Both the position numbers and the translations under genes were made by a program. Below are positions 55,401 to 64,000 of a stretch of DNA of 64,000 nucleotides, in pieces. Source of the DNA: the human T2T-CHM13v2.0 reference genome, Homo sapiens; NCBI RefSeq assembly GCF_009914755.1, contig NC_060940.1. The stretch is one strand, 5' to 3'. The number at the start of each line of letters is the position of its first letter. The stretch's first letter is position 1. The notes beneath the pieces are model-generated. The model saw only the letters and a list, made by a program, of their open reading frames with translations, did not search any database and was not told the origin of the DNA.

Positions 55401-58400
55401 ATCGAATAGAATCATCATCGAATGGAATCGAATGGAATCATCATGGAGTAGACTCAATTGGAATCAGCATCAAATGGAAGGCAATGGAATCATTGAATGG
55501 ACTTGAATGGAATCATCATGGAATGGAATCGAATGGAATCTTCGAATGGAATCAAAAGGATTCATCGAATGGACACTAATGGAATCATCCTCGTATGGAA
55601 TTGACTGGAATCATCATCAAATGGAATTGAACAGAATCATCATTTAATGGATTCGAATGGAAACATCAATGACTGAAATCGAATGGAATCATTGAATGGA
55701 ATTGAATAGAATCAATGAATGGAAGTGAACGGACTCATCTTTGAATGGAATCGAATGGAATCATCATATGTAATTGAATGAAATCACCATCGAATGGAAT
55801 AGAATGGAATCACCGAATGGAATTGAATGGAATGACCATTGAATGGAATCAAATTGAATCATCATTGAATGGAATTGAATGGAATCATCAAATGGGCTCG
55901 AATTGCATCATCATTGAATAGAATCCAATGGAAACATTGAAAAGTTTTGAGTGGAATCATCATCAAATGGAATCAAATGGAAACATCAAATGGACTTGAA
56001 AGGAATTAACATCGATCAGAAACGAATGGAATCATTGGATGGATACGAATGGAATCATCATCGAATGGAATCAAATGGAATCAATAAATGGACTCGAATG
56101 GTATCATCATCGACTGGAATCGAACGGAATCATCACCAAATGGACTCTAGTGGAATCATCATCAAATGGATTCGAATGGAAACATCATTGAATGGAAATG
56201 AATAGAATCATCATCAAATGCAATCGAATGGAATCATTGAATGGAATCAGAATGAATCATCATCGAATGGAATCCAATGGAATCATCAATTGGAAACAGA
56301 TGGAATCATCATCAAATGGAATTGATTGGAATCATCATCGAATGGAATCAAATGGAATCAGTGAATGGACTCGAATGGAATCATCATCAAACGAAATCAA
56401 ATGGAGTCATTGAATGGAATTGAATGGAATCATTAAAAGGAATTGAAAGGAATCATCATTGAATGGTATCAAATGGAATCACCATGGAATGGAAACGAAT
56501 GGAATCACCATTGAATGGTATCGAATGGAATAATCATCTTATGGAATCGAATGGAATCATCATCAACATCATCAAAAGAAATCAAACTTAATCATCGAAT
56601 GGAATCAAGTGGAATCATCATCGAATGTAATCGAAAGGAATCATCATCGAATGCAATCAAATGGAATCATCATCTAATGTAATTGAAAGGAATCATCATC
56701 GAATAGAATAAAACTGAATCATCATCGAATGGAAACAAAAGGAATCATCACTGAATGGAATAAAATGAAGTCATCACCGAATGGAATCAAAAGGAATCAT
56801 CATCGAATGGAATTGAATGGAATCATCATCGAACGGAATTGATTGGAATCATGGAATGTACCCCACCGGAATCCTCATCGAATGGAATAGAATTTTATAA
56901 TCGAATGGACTCGAGTGGATTCATCATTGAGTGGAATGCAATGGAATCATCATCGAATGGATACGAGTGGAATTATCATCAGATGGAATTGAATGGAATC
57001 ATCATCAAAAGTATTTGAATTTAATCATCGAATGGAATCAAATGGAATCATTATGGAATGGAATTGAAAGGAATCATCATCGAATGGAATCAAATGGAAT
57101 CATCATCGAATGGAATCAAAAGGAATCATCATCGAATGGAATTGAATGGAATCACCATCGAATGGAATAGAATGGAATCATCATCGAATGGAACCAAAAG
57201 GGATCATCATCGAATGGAATTGAATGGAATCACCATCGAATGGAATCGATTGGAATCATGGAATGTACCCGAATGGAATCATCATCGCATGGAATCGAAT
57301 GGAATCATTGAATAGACTCAAACGGAATCATCATCGAGTGGAATCGAAATGAATCATCGAATGGAATCAAAGGGAATGATCGTTGAATGAAATCGAATGG
57401 AATCCCCATCTAATGGCATCGAACGGAATCATCATCGAATGGAATCGAATGCAATCATCAAATGAACTCAAATGGAATCATCATCGAATGGACTCAGAAG
57501 GATTCATCATCGAATGGAATCAAATGGAATTATAATCACATGGAATTGAATGGAATCATCAAAAATTGGAATCGAATGGAATCATCGAATGGAATCAAAT
57601 GGAATCATCGAATGGCCTTGAATGGAATCATCATTGAATGGAATCAAATGGAGTCATCATCAAATGGAATCGAATGGTATCATCATCTAATGGAATGGAA
57701 GGGAAACATCATCAAATGGAATTGAATAGAATCGTCACCGAATTGATTCATCATCAAATGGAATCGAATGGATTCATCACCAAATGGAATCGAATGGAAT
57801 AATCATCAAATGTAATTGCAAGGAATCCTCACCGAATGGAATTGAATGACGTCATCATGTAATGGAATCGAATGGAATCATGGAAAGAACTAGAATGGAA
57901 TCATCATTCAATGCAATCAAAGGGAATCACTGAAAAGAGTCAAATGGAATCATCATCGAATGGAATTGAATGGAATCATCATCGAATGGAATCAAATGGA
58001 ATTATCAAATTGACTCAAATGGAACCAACATCGAATGGAATCAAATGCAATCAACGTATGGACTCGAATGGAATCATCATCAAATGGAATCGAATGGAAT
58101 CATCATCGAATGGACTCTAATGTAATCATCATCGAATGGACTCGAATGGAATCATCATTGAATGGAATCAAACGGAATCATCATCAAATGCAATAGAATG
58201 GAATCATCATCGAATGGAATCAAAATGACTCATCATCAAATGGAATCAAATGGAATAATCATCGATTGGAATGGAATGGAATCATCCAGTGGAATTGAAT
58301 GGAATCAACTTCGAAAGAATTAAAAAAAATATCAAACTAATTGAATAGAAACATCATCGAATGGAATCCTCATCGAATGGAAGCTAATAGAATCATCATC

Positions 58401-61400
58401 AAATGGAATCGAATGGAATAATCATAGAATGGGGTCTAAAGGAATCATCATTGAATGGAATTGAATAGAGCAATCATCTAATGTAATTGAATGGAATCAT
58501 GGAATGGACTCGAATGGAATCATCATCTAATGGAATAGAATGGAATAAGCGAATGGACTCGAATGGAATCATCAATGAATGGAATTATCAAATGGAATCA
58601 AATGAAATCATCGAGTGGAATTGAATGGAATCAACAAATGGAATCGAATGGTATTATCAAATGGAGTCGAATAAAACCATCGAATGTAATTGAATGAAAT
58701 CATCAAATGGAATCGAATGGAATAACCATTGAATGGAAACGAATTGAATCACCATCAAAAGGAATTGAATAGAATCATCACTGAATGGCATCGAATGGAA
58801 TCATGAAATGAACTCGAATGGAATCATCCTCGAATGGACTCGAATGGAATAAACACCAAATGGAATTGAATGAATTCAGTGAATGGACTCAAATGGAAAT
58901 ATCTGGAATGGAATAGAAGGGAATCATCGAATGGAATTGAATTGAATCATCAAATGGAATAAAATGGAATCATCAAATGGACTCCAATGGAATCCACATC
59001 TAATGGAATCAAATGGAATCATAGAATGGTATGGAATGCCATCATCATCAAATGAAATCAAATGGAATCATCATCGAATGCAGTCCAATGGAATCGTCAA
59101 TGAATGGAATCGAATGGAATCATCGAATGGGATCAAATGGAACTATCATCGAATGGAATTGAAGGGAATCATCAAAAGGAATCGAATTGAATCATCAAAT
59201 GGAATCGGATGGAATCATCAAATGGACTCGAATGGAATCATCATCGAATGAAATCGAATGCACACTTCCAGTGGGCTCGAATGGAATTATCATAGAATGG
59301 AATTGAATGGAATCTTCAAATGGACTCGAATAGAAACATCATTGAATGAAATCGAATTTAATCACTGAAAGGAATCAAATGGAATCATCATCTAATGGAA
59401 TCATCTAAAGGACTGGAATGGAATCATCTTCAAATGGAATTGAATGGAATCATTGAACGGACTTGAATAGAAGCATCATTGAATGGAATCGAATGGAATC
59501 ATCGAATAAAATAGAATGGAATCTTCATCGAATGGACTAGAATGGAATAATCATAAAATGGAATCAAAAGGAATCATCCTTGAATGTACTCGAATTGTAT
59601 AATCATGGAATGGAATCAAAAGGAATCATCCTCGAATGGACTCGAATGAAATCATCGAATGGACTCGAAAGGAATCATCGAATGGAATTGAATGGAAACA
59701 ATGAATGGCCCCGAATGGAATCATCATCAAATGGAATCGAATGGAATCATTGAATGGACTCGAATGGAATTATGATCGAATGGAATCAAATGGAATCATC
59801 TAATGGAATCGAATGGAATCATAATCGAATGAAAACGAATGGAATCATTGAATGACATCGAATGGAATCATCATCCAATGGAATCGAATGGAATCATCGA
59901 ATGGACTCGAATGCAATCATCAGCAAGTGGAATTGAATGGAATCATTGAATGGGCTGGAATGGAATCATCATAGAATTGAATCGAATGGAATCATCATCG
60001 AGTGGAATCGAATAGAATCATCGAATGGAATCGAATAGGATCATCGAATGAAATCGAATGGAATCATCTTCAAATGGAATCAAATGGAATCATCATCAAA
60101 AGGAATCGTCATCGAATGGAATCGAACAGAATCATCATCAAATGGTATCGAATGGAATCATCAACGAATGGAATCGAATGGAATCATTGAACGCACTCGT
60201 ATGGAATCATGATTGACTGGAATCAAATGGAATCATAGAAGGGACTCGAATGGAATCATCATCCAATGGAATCGAAAGGAATCATCTAATGGACTCGAAT
60301 GGAAACATCATGGAATGGAATCAAATGGAATCATTGAATAGACTCGAATGCAATCATCAGTGAATGGAATTGAATGGAATCATTGAATGGGCTCGAATGG
60401 AATCATCATCGAATGGAATCTAATGGAATCATCATCAAATGGAATCAAATAGAATCATCGAATGGAATCGAATAGGATCATCAAATGAAATTGAATGGAA
60501 TTATCTTCGAATGGAGTCGAATGGAATCGTCATCGAATGGAATCATCATCGAATGGAATCGAACGGAATCTTCATCGAATGGTATCGAATGGAATCATCA
60601 ACGAATGGAATCGAATGGAATCATTGAATGTTATCGAATGGAATCATCAACGAATGGAATCGAATGGAATCATTGAATGGAATCAAATGGAATCATCATC
60701 AAATGGAACCGAATGGAATCATCATCAAATGGAGCCTAATGGAGTCATCATGGAATGGAATTGAAAGGAATCATCATTGAACGGAATCATCATCCAATGG
60801 TAGCGAATGGAATCATCAACGAATGGAATAGAATGAAGTCATTGAATGGAATCAAATGGAATCATCATCAAATGGAACCGAATGGAATCGTCATCAAATG
60901 GAACCTAATGGAGTCATCATCGAATGGAATTGAAAGGAATCATCATCAAATGGAATCATCATCGAATGTACACTAATGGAATCAACATCGAATGGAATCA
61001 AATGGAATCTTCGAATGCTCTTGTATGGAATAATCATCGAATGGAATCGACTGGAATCATCATCGAATGGAATCATCATCGAAAGGAATCGAATGGAATC
61101 CTCATCAAATAGAATCATTGAATGGAATGGAATGGAATCATCATCGAAGGTAATCGAATGGAATTATTGAATGAAATCGAATGGAATCACCATGAAATGG
61201 AATCGAATTGAATCATCGAATGAAATCGAAAGGAATCATCATTGAATGGAATCGAATAGAATAATCAAATGGAATCGAATGGAATCATCATCGAATGGTA
61301 TTGAATAGAATCATAGAATGGTTTTGAATGGAATCATCATTAAATGGAATCGAATGGAATCACCATCAAATGGAATCAAAAGCAATCATCAAATGGATTT

Positions 61401-64000
61401 GAATAGAATGATTGAATGGACACGAATGGAATCATCAAGGAATGGAATCTGATCATATCAACATATGGAATCGAATGGAATCATAATCAAAATAAATCAA
61501 ATGGAATCATCTAATGGACTGGAGTGAAATCCTCATCGAATGGAATCAAATAGAATCATCAAATGGACTCGAAAGGAATCATCATCAAATACAATCGAAT
61601 GGAATCATCCTCAAATGGACTCGAATGGAAGCATTAAATGGACACGAATGGAATCATTGCATGGAATCTTATGCAATCATTATCCATGGAATCGAATGAA
61701 ATAATCATCAAATGGAGTGGAATAGAATCATCAAATGAAATCAAATGGAATTATCATCAAATGGAATTGAATGGAATCGTCATCAAATGGAATCATCATC
61801 AAATGGAATCAAATGAAATCATCATTGAATGGAATCGAATGGAATCATCAACGAATGGAATCGAATGGAATCATCAAATGGAATGGAATGGAATCATCAT
61901 CCAATGGAACCGAATGGAATCATCATCAAATTAAACCTAATGGAATCATCATCGAATGAAATTGATTGGAATCATCATCTAATAGAATCGAATGGAATCA
62001 TTCTGTAATGGACTCGACTTGAATCATCAAAAGGACACGAATGGAATCATTGAATGGACTCTCATTCAATAACCATAAATGGAATCGAATGGAAAAATCA
62101 TCAAAAGGAAAGGAAAGGAATCATCATCGAAGGGAATCAAATGGAATCATCAACAAATGGAATCGAATAGAATAATCCAATGAAATCGAGTGGAATTATC
62201 ATCGAAGGGAATCGAATGGAATCATCATCAAATGGAATCATCATCGAATGGAATCAAATGCAATCATCATCGAATGGAATCGAATGGAATCATCAAAAAT
62301 TGAATCGAATGGAATCATCAAATGGAAACTAATGGAATCATCATCTAATGGAACCAAAAGGAATCATCATCAAATGAAACCTAATGGAATCATCACCGAA
62401 TGGACTCAAATGGAATCATCATGGAATGGAATCCAATGGAATCATCAACGATTGGAATCGAATGAAATTATCAAATGGAATCGAATGAAATGACCATCTT
62501 ATGGAATCAAAGTGAAACATGGAATGGAATTGAATGCAATCAACCAATGGAATTGAATTGAATCATAGAATGTACTCGAATGGAATAATTATTGAATGGA
62601 ATCGAATGGAAACTTCGAATGGAATCATCATCGAACGGAATCGGAAGGAGTCATCGAATGGACTTGAATAGAAACATCTTCGAATGAAATCAAATGGAAT
62701 CCTCGAAATGAATTGAATGGAATACTCATCGAATGGTATCATTGAATGGAATGGAATGGAATCATCATTGAGTGGAAACGAATGGAATCATAGAATGGTA
62801 TTGAATGGAATCATAATCAAATGGAATAGAATGGAATCATCATCGAATGGAATCAAAAGCAAACATCGAATGGAATCGAACAGAAAAATCGAATGTACAG
62901 GAATGGAATCATCATCCAATGGAATCAAATGGAATCAACGAATGGAATCAAATGGAATCATCATCCAATAGAATTGAATCGAATCACCTAATGGACAAGA
63001 ATGGAATCCTCATCGAATGGAATCGAATGGAATCATCGTGGAATGGACTTGAATGGAATCATCGAATGGACTAGAATTCAAACATCATAAATGGAATCGA
63101 ATGAAATCAAACTCAAATGGATTCCAAAGGAACCATCTTCGAATGGAATGAAATGGAATCATGGAATGGAATGGAATGGAATCATCATTGAAGTAATTGA
63201 AGTGAAACATTGAATGGAATCGAATTGAATCATCAAATTGAATTGAACAGAATCATCATCACCGAATGGACTTGAATGGAATCATCATGGGATGGGATCG
63301 AATGGAATAATCAAAAGGACCCGAATGGAATCATCGAATGGACTCGAATGGAGTCATCATTGAGTGTAATCGAATGAAATCATCTAATGCACCTGAATGG
63401 AATCATCATCGAATGGAATCGAATGGAATCATTGAATGGACTTGAATGAAATCATCATTGAATATAATTGAAAGCAATCATCAAATGGATTCAAATAGAA
63501 TCATCAAATGGCTCAAATGGAATCAGCATCAAATGGAATCACAGGGAATCACCAAATGGACTCGAACAGAATCGTCATCGAATGGAATAGAATGTAATCA
63601 TCGAATGGACTCGAATGGAATCATCATCGAACGGAGTCGAATGGAATCATCATTGAATGGAATCTAACGGAATCATGAAAAAAGGGAATCAAACGGAAAC
63701 ATAATCGAATGGAATTGAAGGGTATCATCAACGAATGGAATAGCACAGAATCATCGAATGGAATCCAATGGATTCACCATCAAATTGAACCGAATGGAAT
63801 CGTCATTGAATGAACTCGAATGGAATCATCATTGAATGGAATCGAATGGTGTCATCGAATGGAATCTAGTGGAAACATCAAATGACTCGAATGGAATCAC
63901 CGAATGGAATCTAATGCAATCATTATCAAATGAAATCAAATGGAATGATTGAATGGATTCGAATGGAATCATCATCAAATGGAATCAAATGGAATCATCA
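34496..64000 (+). repeat. Human Satellite 2 (HSat2/HSATII) array, right flank
   Basis: Same monomers, strand and variant motifs as the left flank; starts at ...TTCCT|ATGGAATGGAATGG and runs to the window end with no visible insertion or inversion. Confidence 0.97.

Overview
Primate (most likely human) pericentromeric heterochromatin; there is no credible protein-coding gene, RNA gene, CRISPR array or prokaryotic system. About 40 kb of the window (1-~10464 and ~34496-64000) is diverged Human Satellite 2 (HSat2/HSATII). It is GGAAT-based, built from 23- and 26-bp monomers such as TCATCGAATGGAATCGAATGGAATCA, has the GGAAT strand on + throughout, and shows heavy CpG decay. The arrays contain nested tandem duplications (23, 26, 49, 78, 88, 437, ~830 and ~1200 bp) and longer colinear blocks shared between the two flanks. 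Between the arrays lies a ~24-kb island (~10465-34495) of ordinary AT-rich, euchromatin-like DNA full of old transposons: L1M, L2, MLT1, MER54-, MER34- and MER21/77-like LTRs, THE1, MER20, Tigger3a and three Alus. It looks like a segmental duplication captured by the satellite. The most interesting functional lead is an intact THE1 LTR with a DUX4 consensus site and TATA box pointing toward the downstream HSat2 array, which is itself rich in DUX4-type motifs. Repeat family names come from my recall of consensus sequences and need RepeatMasker/Dfam confirmation. All listed ORFs appear to be repeat artefacts or chance ORFs.
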